DNA of 64,000 nucleotides from Candidatus Anderseniibacteriota bacterium (GTDB lineage: Bacteria > Patescibacteriota > JAUYIX01). Positions within the stretch are counted from its first letter, which is position 1. The number at the start of each line of letters is the position of its first letter. Under the pieces are notes generated by a model. That model saw only the letters and a program-made list of their open reading frames with translations. It was not told where the DNA came from and made no database searches. Both the position numbers and the translations under genes were made by a program. Shown here piece after piece: positions 19,796 to 29,683 of this stretch. The stretch spans positions 9,331-73,330 of the forward strand of contig JAXLZM010000005.1 of the NCBI GenBank assembly GCA_046350855.1. Reading direction: 5' to 3'.

Positions 19796-20140
19796 TCAGG
19801 TTTTTGTTTGTTTGAGGGCCGTGAGACCTGCCTTGGTCATTTTGCCTTGCGTGATCAGGCGTTTAACACGCGCTTGGTTTGATTTAGAAAAGTTTCCTCC
19901 AGGTTTTCTCGGGGAGAACCGCTGAGCATATCGCTCTGCATCGATGCCCTTATCTTGTCCATCAATCCAGCCATAGCAAAGGGCTTCCTCCACGGCAGCG
20001 TCATACTCGATCGTAGGTTTGCCGGTTGCTTTTTTATAATAGATCAACCAAATCTCTTTGCTTGTTTTGTGATGCTTGGACAGCCACTTGCGCCAAGCGG
20101 TTCGGCTAGTAAGGTACAGTGTTTTGCCTACTTCCATCAA
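19796..20140 (-). CDS. YdeI/OmpD-associated family protein
   Basis: WRKWLSKHH...IWLIYYKK...AVEEALCYGWIDG...RFSPRKPGGNFSK matches the YdeI-family pattern. Confidence 0.6.
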   Translation of the reverse strand: MMEVGKTLYLTSRTAWRKWLSKHHKTSKEIWLIYYKKATGKPTIEYDAAVEEALCYGWIDGQDKGIDAERYAQRFSPRKPGGNFSKSNQARVKRLITQGKMTKAGLTALKQTKT

Positions 20141-20144
20141 AATA

Positions 20145-20600
20145 TTATTTAGACCCAGCTTCTTTTTTAAACAAGCCTTGTTTTTCGTTCCATTCCGTAA
20201 AGGTTTTTTTGAGCACTGCTCTCGCCATGCGGCCGATGTTCTGCGTATCCCATCCCGCGATTCTAGTCCAGGCGATTGCTTCTTTTTCGTTTACCAGTTC
20301 GAGGGCATTACTATAAAAGCGCACCAAGGCTGTTCCAAAAGTATCCTGAGCTTCTTTGGGTGAACTCGGTTGTAAATCAAAATGGTCAATCTTGCCGGTC
20401 ACTCGATCAACAAATGCCAAAGCACCCCAGGCTGGGTAGGAGCCTTCGTCAGTTTGTATATTGCCTGCATTGCCACCCCATGATTCATTCGCACCTAGTT
20501 TTTCGATTACCTCCTGGATCAAGGCGTGATTAGATTGAACTATCTCGCGTGAAGAAAAGCCTTGACGAGACTCTTGCTGAGCTGGTTGTTCTGGGTTCAT
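20145..20600 (-). CDS. Hypothetical protein
   Basis: ORF with start placed at MNPEQP. No domain recognised. Confidence 0.4.
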   Translation of the reverse strand: MNPEQPAQQESRQGFSSREIVQSNHALIQEVIEKLGANESWGGNAGNIQTDEGSYPAWGALAFVDRVTGKIDHFDLQPSSPKEAQDTFGTALVRFYSNALELVNEKEAIAWTRIAGWDTQNIGRMARAVLKKTFTEWNEKQGLFKKEAGSK

Positions 20601-20642
20601 GCAATTAGTGTACAAGAAAAGGCCACTAGTTGGAGCTAGTGG

Positions 20643-21065
20643 CTAGGCAATGACGATCTCTCGCTTGATCAGATCCGGCAGGATCTTGTTGCGGATGATG
20701 GGGGAGACGTTCTCGTTGTTGAGATCTTTGGCGCCGATCCAGTGCAATTTCTTGATCTCGTTGGAAGGTTTAGGTTCTCCAGCGAGCGTTCCCTCGTAGA
20801 GCTGGATGGAAACGTCGCGATCCGGTTGTCCAGCCGCGACATCGGTGTAGGTTCCGATGGGCTTGAGCGACTTGGCGTCGACGATGGTCGAAAGTTCTTC
20901 CTCGATCTCACGTACGATGGTCTGTTCGGCCGACTCACCAGCCTCGATACTGCCGCCCGGCATGATGAACTGTGCAGTCACATCGTCCGGGGACTTTTGA
21001 CAGACCAGGAATGAGCGACGATCACTTGAAAGAACCAGTAATCCTGCTTTGTTGTAGTAGGCCAT
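20643..21065 (-). CDS. NUDIX hydrolase
   Basis: Nudix box GGSIEAGESAEQTIVREIEEELS. Confidence 0.75.
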   Translation of the reverse strand: MAYYNKAGLLVLSSDRRSFLVCQKSPDDVTAQFIMPGGSIEAGESAEQTIVREIEEELSTIVDAKSLKPIGTYTDVAAGQPDRDVSIQLYEGTLAGEPKPSNEIKKLHWIGAKDLNNENVSPIIRNKILPDLIKREIVIA

Positions 21066-21161
21066 GGATACTCCTGCAAAGAGCCTGCGCTTTGGTGCGG
21101 AGACTGTCAATCTAAAAAATCATCTGAGAAATAGAGGCCTTTTGCTTAGTATTTAATTTTC

Positions 21162-21257
21162 TGGCGGTGAGGGAGGGATTCGAACCCTCGCGGCGCAGTG
21201 AAACTACGCCCTACAGGTTTAGCAAACCCGCCTCTTCAACCACTTGAGTACCTCACC
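21162..21257 (-). tRNA. tRNA-Ser (anticodon GCT), long variable arm
   Basis: GGTGAGGTACTCAAGTGGTTGAAGAGGCGGGTTTGCTAAACCTG...GAGGGTTCGAATCCCTCCCTCACCGCCA on the minus strand. Confidence 0.75.
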
Positions 21258-21276
21258 CGGGTCGACCATGAGCGTA

Positions 21277-22023
21277 CTATCCAATGGCGGCATGGGCAAG
21301 TGTAGCGGCCCTAATGCTCGCAATGCCGGCGGCTTGCAAGGTCATGGCGCAGGTCTCGAGTGTCGCTAAGCTGGTGGCCACATCATCGATAAGTAAAACG
21401 CCACGTCGCTTTGCGTCGACGAGGTCTTGTTTTTTTGAGATGCCATACACCCCCTTGAGACTCTTACGGCGTGCCAAAATGCCTAATTCTTTTTGGCTGG
21501 CAGAACGAGTTCGTCCTCGAGTGAGCAATGGCTGGTAATCGAGTTTGAGTTTGTGGGAGACGTACCGCGCGAGTAGTTCTGCCTGATCAAAACCGCGTAT
21601 GCGCTTACGCTTAGTGCTGCAGGGGATTGGTACGACGATGGGCCGCACATTCTTTGGAAGATTTGCTTGCAGTGCGCCGCACAACCGTGTGCCAAGTAGC
21701 CGCGAGAGGTCTCGTCGGCCACGCTCTTTGTAGCCTGCTAAAACTCGGTGAAAGACACGCGACTCATAGCTACAAGCGCAGATGAGTTGCGCGAGCGGCA
21801 CGCAAAGCTCGGTGCAATTGCTGCAGCGCAGGCCGTGCTCGCTCGGTTGTAGGCAGCTTGGACAAACCAGTTCTTGAGCAGGTGCGAGTTCTAAGTTGCA
21901 GCTTCTACAGAGACCAACTGCATCGCGACCGCAGCCAATGCAGATAGGTGGACTGATGTATTCGGTGCAATAGCGGAGTGCTTCTTTGGCGTTTGTGCGA
22001 GCGATCGCGAAGAGGCGGTTCAC
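21277..22023 (-). CDS. comFC: ComF-family protein (double zinc ribbon plus phosphoribosyltransferase domain)
   Basis: N-terminal CxxC..CxxC pairs and a C-terminal PRTase motif VLLIDDVATSLATLETCA. Confidence 0.75.
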   Translation of the reverse strand: MNRLFAIARTNAKEALRYCTEYISPPICIGCGRDAVGLCRSCNLELAPAQELVCPSCLQPSEHGLRCSNCTELCVPLAQLICACSYESRVFHRVLAGYKERGRRDLSRLLGTRLCGALQANLPKNVRPIVVPIPCSTKRKRIRGFDQAELLARYVSHKLKLDYQPLLTRGRTRSASQKELGILARRKSLKGVYGISKKQDLVDAKRRGVLLIDDVATSLATLETCAMTLQAAGIASIRAATLAHAAIG

Positions 22024-22066
22024 CCAGGCGCTATAGCAGAGTCAGCTTAAGAAAAGCTTAAATCAA

Positions 22067-24553
22067 TTAGACGATGGAGACGACGGTTTTTTGCCCCTGG
22101 AGGTCGACCACAAAGTACAGGGCCTTTGGCTGAGCGACACGCAGACGGGCGAGTTGGGGCTCGATGTGATCTTGGATAAAGGTCCGGATGAACCGGGCAC
22201 CCGTGTCTTTGTTGCGCTCGAACAGGGCTTTTTTGAGGAGCGTTGATTTGATCTCGATGCGGGTACCCTTAGGCAGGCGCGCGCGGAGTTTATCCATCTC
22301 GAGCTTAAAGATTTTGGCGAGTTCACTCTCGGTAAGGGGATGGAAGGCGATGACTTTGTCGATGCGACCGAGGAGCTCTGGTCTAAAGTGATCTTGGAGT
22401 GAGCGTTTGAGGTCGAGTTCTTGGCGGCGAGTCTGGGTTGCCGGAGCGCGGTCGCCGTTGAAGCCGATCAGTTCACCCCGACCCATGTAGCGGTTGCCAA
22501 TGTTGCTGGTCATGATGCAAATCGTGTTGCGAAAGTCGACGGTGCGGCCGCTGGCATCGGTCAGGCGACCATCCTCAAAGAGCTGCAGCAAAATATGGAG
22601 CACATCGGGGTGCGCTTTTTCGACTTCGTCAAAGAGGACCACACTGTAGGGTGCGCGCCGGACCGCCTCGGTCAACCGACCGCCCTCGCCGTAGCCGATG
22701 TAGCCAGGAGGGGAGCCGAGCAGGCGCGAGACCATATGGCGTTCGCCAAACTCGGACATGTCGATGCGGATAAAGGCCTCGGGGCGCCCGTAAAAAAGTC
22801 GCGCCAGAGCGCGCGCCAGCTCGGTTTTGCCGACACCCGAGGGGCCCATAAACAAAAAGGTACCGAGCGGTCGGTTGGGATCAGAGATCCCGGCGCGGGC
22901 GCGCAGCAACGTGTCGACCACGGCGGTAATGGCGTGGCGCTGACCGATTAAGCGTTGACCCAATTGACGCTCCAGTGCGGTGAGGCGCTCGGTGTCGGTA
23001 TGCAGAATTTGCTCGAGCGGAATCCCGGTCATCCGTGCAACCACCACGGCGATGTCTGAGCGTTCGATCCTGAGAGCTGGTTCCGCGAGTGCTACATCCA
23101 GTTTGCCGTGAGTTTTGACCGACTCACCCGCATTGCCGCTCGGCGAAGCACGCAAGCGTAGTCGCGCAATCCGACGTTGGCTGCGTAACGCCTCGGCGTA
23201 GTGTTCTTGCCCAATCAAGCGCTCGGTCTCGCTCTCAAGGTGGGCCAGTTGCTGTTCTGCCAAAACTTTGCCTGACTTAACGGTCTTGAGTTGCAGCACT
23301 TTTTTGTGTGACATGGCCTCGTCGACCAAATCGAGGGCCTTGTCCGGCAAAAAGCGCTCAGGCAAATAGCGCACGGATAACTCGACGGCAGACTCGAGGG
23401 CAGAACGCGAAACCTGCACCCCATGAAATTGCTCGTACAACTTTTGTAGCCCGGTCAAAATTTGGGTGGCCTGTTTGGGCGAAACCTCGCGCACGGTCAC
23501 GACTTGAAAACGTCGTTCCAGCGCCGGGTCGCGCTCAATATATTGCTTGAACTCCTGCGGTGTGGTCGCACCGATCATGCGGATTTCACCGCGCGCCAAG
23601 GCCGACTTGAGCATGTTAGCGGTATCGAGTGATCCACCCACGCTCCCGGTCCCGACGATCGTATGCACCTCGTCGATAAACAAAATAACGTTGCCGACTT
23701 GTTCTACCTCGGCAAGGAGGCCGCGTAGACGCTCTTCAAAATCACCCCGGTAGGAGGTGCCCGCCAGCAAACTAGTTAGGTCGAGCTGGATCACACGTTT
23801 GTCGGCCAGAGGCTTACCCACTAATCCATGCACGATGTTGTGTGCCAGGCCTTCGACGATGGCGGTTTTGCCGACACCGGGTTCACCCACCAAGAGCGCA
23901 TTGTTTTTAGTGCGACGCTCGAGTACATCGACCAAACGGGCGAGTTCGTCCGAGCGACCGATGACGGGGTCAACCTTATGTGCCGAGGCGCGGGCGTTGA
24001 GGTCGATACCGTACTCGTCGAGTAACGGCGTGTGTGTTTTGCTGGCAGAACTCGGCGGGGCCACACGCAGGTGCAAGGTCTCGGTGATATCTGGAAAATG
24101 CGTCGTGCCATGCAGCACCAACTTGAGCTGCTGGCGAATGGCGGCAAGATCAACTTTGAGTTCGGTCAGCACTTTGCGAGCCTGGCTCTCGCGCTGCAAC
24201 AACAAAGCTGCCAAAAGGTGCTCGGTCCCTACAAAGTGATGGCCGTACTGACCCGCAGTCCAGGTTGCCTTGATGACGGCCCGTTTGGTTTGTCCGGTGT
24301 AGAGCGGTCGACGAGCCGTGCCGCTGGTCCGCACGGCATGATTTTTTTGCACCGCCGCGCGCAAAGCCTCAACCGTAATTTTACCCGACTTTAAAATCTC
24401 CGCGGCGACCGACCCTTGATACAAACGCAAGGCAAATAACATGTGATCGGTATCGACCACGCTGTGGCCCAAAGATTCGGCAGTTTCTTCGGCCGTGGCT
24501 AAGACCTGCTTAAGTCGGGTTGAGAATTTGGCTGTAATCGAGCTCTCCTGCAT
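22067..24553 (-). CDS. clpC: AAA+ ATPase chaperone ClpC/ClpB family
   Basis: Two Clp_N repeats. NBD1 has GEPGVGKTAIVEGLA, and NBD2 has GPSGVGKTELARALA plus the sensor regions. A short middle domain and 828 aa favour ClpC. Confidence 0.85.
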   Translation of the reverse strand: MQESSITAKFSTRLKQVLATAEETAESLGHSVVDTDHMLFALRLYQGSVAAEILKSGKITVEALRAAVQKNHAVRTSGTARRPLYTGQTKRAVIKATWTAGQYGHHFVGTEHLLAALLLQRESQARKVLTELKVDLAAIRQQLKLVLHGTTHFPDITETLHLRVAPPSSASKTHTPLLDEYGIDLNARASAHKVDPVIGRSDELARLVDVLERRTKNNALLVGEPGVGKTAIVEGLAHNIVHGLVGKPLADKRVIQLDLTSLLAGTSYRGDFEERLRGLLAEVEQVGNVILFIDEVHTIVGTGSVGGSLDTANMLKSALARGEIRMIGATTPQEFKQYIERDPALERRFQVVTVREVSPKQATQILTGLQKLYEQFHGVQVSRSALESAVELSVRYLPERFLPDKALDLVDEAMSHKKVLQLKTVKSGKVLAEQQLAHLESETERLIGQEHYAEALRSQRRIARLRLRASPSGNAGESVKTHGKLDVALAEPALRIERSDIAVVVARMTGIPLEQILHTDTERLTALERQLGQRLIGQRHAITAVVDTLLRARAGISDPNRPLGTFLFMGPSGVGKTELARALARLFYGRPEAFIRIDMSEFGERHMVSRLLGSPPGYIGYGEGGRLTEAVRRAPYSVVLFDEVEKAHPDVLHILLQLFEDGRLTDASGRTVDFRNTICIMTSNIGNRYMGRGELIGFNGDRAPATQTRRQELDLKRSLQDHFRPELLGRIDKVIAFHPLTESELAKIFKLEMDKLRARLPKGTRIEIKSTLLKKALFERNKDTGARFIRTFIQDHIEPQLARLRVAQPKALYFVVDLQGQKTVVSIV

Positions 24554-24619
24554 AGACGTGCAATGCTAACACCATACTGGATGAACGTGAAAGACCTATG
24601 GAACTGCTAGTATAGTTGT

Positions 24620-25087
24620 ATGAACGACACCGCCTACGAGGCCGCTCTGCGGATCTTGGTGCGTCGGCCCCATGCCGAGGGAGAACTCGCAGCTAAACTG
24701 CGTAAAAAGGAGTTCCCCCCAGAAGAAATCGCTGTGACGCTCGCACAACTCCGCACGGAAAAACAACTCAACGATCCCAAATTGGCCCGTGAGTACGTAC
24801 AGTGGCACCTCGACTACAAACCCATGGGTCGGCGGGGGATCGTGCAGCGGTTGCGGCTGCGTAAGTTTAAAGAGCCCGATATCGAGGCGGCGGTTGGTGA
24901 GTTGGTCACCCCAGAGGCAGAGCGTGCGGGTGCTCTGCGACTGCTCGAGTCACGTTTGCAGCACTCAGATCTCGCAAAGCTCCCACCCGCAAAAAAGCGT
25001 GATCGATTGGCACGCTACTTACTCGCACGGGGCTTTGATACCGAGCTCGTATTGTCCCTGCTCGATTCTACGCCAGCGGTGACTTGA
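24620..25087 (+). CDS. recX: Recombination regulator RecX
   Basis: 155 aa with three-helix repeat pattern (ALRILVRRPHAEGELAAKLRKK...). Confidence 0.65.
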   Translation: MNDTAYEAALRILVRRPHAEGELAAKLRKKEFPPEEIAVTLAQLRTEKQLNDPKLAREYVQWHLDYKPMGRRGIVQRLRLRKFKEPDIEAAVGELVTPEAERAGALRLLESRLQHSDLAKLPPAKKRDRLARYLLARGFDTELVLSLLDSTPAVT

Positions 25088-25988
25088 GCCCCGCCATCTC
25101 ATAGAGTGCTTTGACGCGTTCTTCGACCGGGGGGTGATCGGCCAAAATACGACTGAGGTACGAGCTACCCTGGAGTTTGGAGACGTCCGCAAAATAGAGC
25201 GGTGAGGTTGCCGCGTTAGCAAAGCGTGCGGGCTGATCGTACTTAGAGATTTTAATCAGCGCATCGGCGAGTTTTTCGGGCTGGCGCGTAATCTCGGCCC
25301 CCTTAGCATCAGCCAACGCCTCACGCTTGCGCGAGATAGCTAGCCGCGTCAATGTCGCTGCGATCGGCGCCACGATTGCAACCGCAAGTCCGATCACAAA
25401 AAAGAGCGCGCCCGCGTTGTTGTCACGACTGCGTCGTCGGCCGCCACCATACCAGCTAAAGCGCAAAAAGAACTCCGACATCAGCACAATCAAGCCGGAC
25501 ATCACGGCCACGATGGTCATAAAGCGTGTGTCGTAGTCGCCGACATGAGCGAGTTCGTGGGCGATAACACCCTCTAGTTCTTGCTTGTTGAGCCGGCTGA
25601 GCAACCCGCTCGTGAGCGCGATAGAAGCCTTGCGTGGTTCACGTCCCGTCGCAAAAGCATTGGGCGCATCGTCGGGGATGATGTAAATCTTGGGCGTGGG
25701 CAGTCCCGCCGTAATGCAGACGTTCTCGACCGTGTTGTAGAGCTCACGGTTGGTTTCGAGTTCAACCTGGTGCGCTCCATTGACCGCCAGGGCAATTTTG
25801 TCGCCCGCAAAGTAGCCGATCAAGGTCGACGGCACACCCACCAGTGCAGCAACCACGATAGCGGCCACGCCGTAATCCGCTGCGTAAGCAAAAATCGCCC
25901 CGATCCCCAGTACAAACAAAAATGTCAGGAGCACCATGACGATACTCTTAAACTTGTTCGACCGAATGTGCGTATAAACGGTGGCCAT
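25068..25988 (-). CDS. htpX: Zinc metalloprotease HtpX
   Basis: HELAHV HExxH motif, N-terminal TM helices and M48 peptidase topology. Confidence 0.8.
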   Translation of the reverse strand: MATVYTHIRSNKFKSIVMVLLTFLFVLGIGAIFAYAADYGVAAIVVAALVGVPSTLIGYFAGDKIALAVNGAHQVELETNRELYNTVENVCITAGLPTPKIYIIPDDAPNAFATGREPRKASIALTSGLLSRLNKQELEGVIAHELAHVGDYDTRFMTIVAVMSGLIVLMSEFFLRFSWYGGGRRRSRDNNAGALFFVIGLAVAIVAPIAATLTRLAISRKREALADAKGAEITRQPEKLADALIKISKYDQPARFANAATSPLYFADVSKLQGSSYLSRILADHPPVEERVKALYEMAGLKSPLA

Positions 25989-26066
25989 GCTTGACGTTGC
26001 TGAAGGCTAAGCCTAGTGTGCAGGATCCTTCTTGGCAAGAGAAGGTCGATCTTTTGTGGGAGGAAC

Positions 26067-26342
26067 ACCATGGCAGAGACAACGACCGCGCTCAAGCTCG
26101 TCAAACTGTCGAACTTTCCTCGCAAGCGGCAACTTGCGCCGGGAGACGCCATCATCTACGACCCGAGCCGACCCTCACTCTTGATCCTGCAAGGTGCGGG
26201 ATCAACGTTTTGCAAGCAGGAGGTGGAACTCTCGGTTGCCCTGCCCGTAGGCGATCTGGCCAAGATCATTCGTGCTCTCGGCCTCCAGGTTCATCAGCGC
26301 AAAGGCGACCACTTGGGCAAAAAATACTTCAGGGTCTTTTGA
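26067..26342 (+). CDS. Hypothetical small protein
   Basis: GGAGG 7 nt upstream of the ATG. 91 aa. Confidence 0.4.
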   Translation, partial: TMAETTTALKLVKLSNFPRKRQLAPGDAIIYDPSRPSLLILQGAGSTFCKQEVELSVALPVGDLAKIIRALGLQVHQRKGDHLGKKYFRVF

Positions 26343-26429
26343 CACCCTTCTCCATCCAAGTTAAAACGCGGCCCCCTCGGGACCGCGTTCTTCTTTATGT
26401 ATAGAGTAAGAGGAGCCCCTTAGTTCTGC

Positions 26430-26999
26430 CTAGAACTTAACCTCAGGAACATCGCGCTCTTTGGCGACTTCCTCGGGGGTGCCTTCGATCTGGAAGAACT
26501 CTTCTTTCTTAAAGCCAAACATGCCAGCCAGCATGTTGTTTGGGAACACCTCGAGTTTGGTGTTGTAATCACGCACGGTGCCGTTGTAAAAGCGGCGAGC
26601 AGCTTGGATTTTGTCCTCGGTCATGGAGAGTTCATGCTGTAAGTCCAAAAAGTTTTGATTGGACTTGAGATCAGGATAGGCCTCGGCCACCGCAAACAAG
26701 CTCTTGAGGGCATCGGTCAGCATGTTCTCAGCTTTGCCGTGTTCGGCCGGAGTTTTGGCATTGATGGCCATGGCACGGGCTTTGGTGACGTTCTCGAGCA
26801 CACTCGACTCTTGTTTAGCGTAGCCCTTAACGGTCTCCATCATGTTGGGGATGAGGTTGTAGCGGCGCTTGAGCTGGACATCGATCCCACTCCAGGCATC
26901 ACGCACCTGATTACGCAGCGAGATCAGTCGGTTGTAGACCGCGATCACAAAAATCGCCAAGACAATGAGGATACCGAGGATAATCCAAAGGATAAGCAT
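26430..26999 (-). CDS. lemA: LemA family protein
   Basis: N-terminal TM helix, then NRLISLRNQVRDAWSGIDVQLKRRYNLIPNMMETVKGYA (the LemA signature). Start set at the internal ATG. Confidence 0.8.
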   Translation of the reverse strand: MLILWIILGILIVLAIFVIAVYNRLISLRNQVRDAWSGIDVQLKRRYNLIPNMMETVKGYAKQESSVLENVTKARAMAINAKTPAEHGKAENMLTDALKSLFAVAEAYPDLKSNQNFLDLQHELSMTEDKIQAARRFYNGTVRDYNTKLEVFPNNMLAGMFGFKKEEFFQIEGTPEEVAKERDVPEVKF

Positions 27000-27101
27000 G
27001 AGAGAGGGGTTACTAGTAGGTTGGGTACAGAATAGCGCTGGGGACTCTGGCGTCAAGGCTGGTGGCAAAACCACCCACGTGGCACAATAGCGGCACTTTC
27101 T

Positions 27102-28043
27102 ATGCCCAGGGCACACAAGGCTACGCGCCATGCTTCGCGCCGGTTACTCGGCCTCGATTTTGGGGCGCACTCACTCAAACTTGCCGAGGTAGAACACGGA
27201 CCGCTCGGTCCGGTGATCAAGACTTTTGGGGTGGCACCCTACGAGACGGACGGATCCGGTCGAGCTGATTTGGTTAAAACGCTCGAGGACCTCTTGCGCT
27301 CGGCACGTGTCACGACGCGGGAGGCCATCTTGACCGTGCCCGAGACGGACGCCTGCATCATCGATACCGGACACACACCCGATCAACTGCGCAGCAAGCT
27401 TGACCCGCGCCTTGCCGCGGTAGCGGTCTGCTGGCCGGTTGGGGAGCGTCTACTGACCTTGCCACGCTGGATCTATGATTTTTATGAGTCGATCATTACA
27501 ACTGCCGGGCTGTCATTGGGTGGTGTACAACATGTTTCTTCTGTGCTCGGTCGCAGTGTGACGGACCGGGGCCGAGCTGCCGTGCTCGACCTAGGGGCCG
27601 AATCCACCGGCTGGTACGTCTATGATCATGGGCAGCTGGTCCAGCGCGCGACGCTGCCGTACGGCGGCGAGGCTCTGACCAACGCTCTGGCTCTCGCCCA
27701 CGGTTGGACCCGTGAGCACGCCGAGCAACACAAGCGTAAACTGAGCGGTGACCCGCACCTCTGGCCCGATGAGACTCGCCTGGTCTTGCAAACCTTTTTG
27801 GAGCGTTGGTGGTCCGATCTGCATCAGTATCTGGCAGAACAACCGGCCCACCTCACCCAGGTTACACTCGTGGGTGGGGGAGCGCGATCGGCGCCACTAC
27901 GAGAGTTTGTGTTCGGCCAGCTCGGTTTGTTACCGCAAGAGTGGCAACTACCCGTGAGTGCGCACGTGGCGGAGCCGTTGCGTCCCTATCTGGACCCGAG
28001 TTTGCACCTGTTGGCCAATAGCTTGTCGCACCTGGTATACTAG
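27102..28043 (+). CDS. Actin-like ATPase domain protein, PilM/FtsA-like
   Basis: N-terminal LLGLDFGAHSLKLAEV phosphate-1 motif of the ASKHA superfamily. Size and pattern resemble type IV pilus PilM. Confidence 0.45.
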   Translation: MPRAHKATRHASRRLLGLDFGAHSLKLAEVEHGPLGPVIKTFGVAPYETDGSGRADLVKTLEDLLRSARVTTREAILTVPETDACIIDTGHTPDQLRSKLDPRLAAVAVCWPVGERLLTLPRWIYDFYESIITTAGLSLGGVQHVSSVLGRSVTDRGRAAVLDLGAESTGWYVYDHGQLVQRATLPYGGEALTNALALAHGWTREHAEQHKRKLSGDPHLWPDETRLVLQTFLERWWSDLHQYLAEQPAHLTQVTLVGGGARSAPLREFVFGQLGLLPQEWQLPVSAHVAEPLRPYLDPSLHLLANSLSHLVY

Positions 28044-28068
28044 CGGCGTTACCGTTTAACGCATCCCC

Positions 28069-28458
28069 ATGGCCGACGCTAAAAAAACTATCTTTTTGGT
28101 CGAAGACGATCTGTTTTTGTCCGACATGTACCGCACCAAGTTTGAACTCTCGGGCTACGCTATGCCACACGTCGAGGATGGCGAGTCCGCGGTGCGCATG
28201 ATTAAGGATACTAAACCGGATTTGATCTTGTTGGATATCGTCTTGCCCAAAAAGAGTGGTTTTGATGTCCTCAAGGAGCTCAAGGCTGATCCCGAGTTGG
28301 CCAAAATCCCCGTGATCTTGCTGACCAACCTCTCACAAAAGGATGATGTTGATCGGGGCTTTAAGCTCGGGGCCAACGACTACATCATCAAGGCGCACTT
28401 TACGCCGGCCGAGGTCGTGGCTAAGGTCGAAAAAGCGCTCGGCGCTGCCGTCAAATAA
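28069..28458 (+). CDS. Single-domain response regulator (CheY-like receiver)
   Basis: IFLVEDD...LILLDIVLP...GANDYIIK receiver motifs. Confidence 0.8.
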   Translation: MADAKKTIFLVEDDLFLSDMYRTKFELSGYAMPHVEDGESAVRMIKDTKPDLILLDIVLPKKSGFDVLKELKADPELAKIPVILLTNLSQKDDVDRGFKLGANDYIIKAHFTPAEVVAKVEKALGAAVK

Positions 28459-28572
28459 CTAGTCGACCCCTGACGCATCGTAGTTTTTGGGGCTTTACTT
28501 TTGCCCGCAAAGCTTGACAAGAGCGGTTTTTGCTGGTATAGTGGGTAGTTACAAACTTCCCAAAACAAAAGG

Positions 28573-29607
28573 ATGAAAAACAACCCACGTCTTAAAGTAG
28601 CGGCAAGCATTTTAGCCCTTTTGACCATTCTGGTTGGTTCAGGTCTTGTGTATGTCGGTCTACAACAAAACGGCACGCCGCTTCCGACGACTTCGGTCGG
28701 AACGGTTACAACGACGCAAGTGGCAAAGAGTGCTCCGGTCGAGACAAACCCGGGTAACGCTGCGGTTACACAGACAAATCAAAATGGGGCACAACCTGCG
28801 TCAACGGTAGCAGTGAGTCAGATAGCCGACGAGATGAAGGTTCTGCCAGCCGTAACGACGATAGGAGCAGCTAGTACACTGAGCCTTCGGGCGTTGCTGG
28901 GCGAAGGGCTTCAATTGGCCACGCCCAATCACACCTATGCAGTTAGTGCGGGAGAACTTGGCTCGTGGATTAATCCGGATGGTCTAACTTGGAATGACGC
29001 GATGATCCAAAAAAAGATTCGCGGGATCGCGCGTGAGCAAGATCGTGCCGCCATGCCCACAAAGGTCATCGGCAATACCGACGAGATCGTTGAACAGGGA
29101 ACGACCGGTCTCAAAGTTGATCAAGACGCTGCCTATGAGATCGTCGTTAAAGCGCTTTTGACTGGACTGACCAATCGCAACCTCACGATCCCAACCGCCA
29201 TAACGCAACCCGAGCGTGTAGCAGTTTCTTCGAGCGCTGCGCCGACCATTACGACCGGCAAGCAAATCGTTGTCGTTTTGGCCGAACAACGTCTGTATGC
29301 TTGGAATAATGGTCATCTCGACAAAAGTTATCTGATCTCGTCTGGATTGACCGGGCCAACGCCACTCGGAGATTTTGCCATCCAGACTCGTTACCCCGTT
29401 GGCTGTATGTCGGGGCCGGGCTACAACCTCTGCAATATTCACTGGATCCAATACTTTACCTCGGCCGGCCACTCGTTTCATGAAAAATGGTGGAACGAGA
29501 TTTACGGTCGACCCTCGAGCCACGGGTGCATCAACATGACTTACGAGGCCTCACACTGGCTCTGGGATTGGGCGACCTACGGGACTCCCGTGCACATCGT
29601 CAATTAG
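28573..29607 (+). CDS. L,D-transpeptidase (YkuD domain) with N-terminal TM anchor
   Basis: Catalytic SSHGCINM motif in the C-terminal domain. Confidence 0.75.
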   Translation: MKNNPRLKVAASILALLTILVGSGLVYVGLQQNGTPLPTTSVGTVTTTQVAKSAPVETNPGNAAVTQTNQNGAQPASTVAVSQIADEMKVLPAVTTIGAASTLSLRALLGEGLQLATPNHTYAVSAGELGSWINPDGLTWNDAMIQKKIRGIAREQDRAAMPTKVIGNTDEIVEQGTTGLKVDQDAAYEIVVKALLTGLTNRNLTIPTAITQPERVAVSSSAAPTITTGKQIVVVLAEQRLYAWNNGHLDKSYLISSGLTGPTPLGDFAIQTRYPVGCMSGPGYNLCNIHWIQYFTSAGHSFHEKWWNEIYGRPSSHGCINMTYEASHWLWDWATYGTPVHIVN

Positions 29608-29683
29608 TTGGCGGAACCAATCCGCTGGCAAAAATCCGAGTGACCAGGTAGGGTGCGCCTGGATCTTTTAGAGGAGAATCGCC

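Noticed and set aside
22188-24394. Numerous 60-176-aa ORFs antisense to or out of frame within clpC (e.g. 22421-22951, 23757-24239), and likewise inside recG, ligA, gatA, gyrB and the helicase
   Set aside because: These are typical GC-rich shadow ORFs embedded in well-supported long genes. They are Arg/Pro/Ala-rich with no motifs.
26016-26066. Upstream 17 codons of ORF 26016-26342 (MCRILLGKRRSIFCGRNT)
   Set aside because: A GGAGG Shine-Dalgarno sequence precedes the internal ATG at 26067, so the longer start is unlikely.
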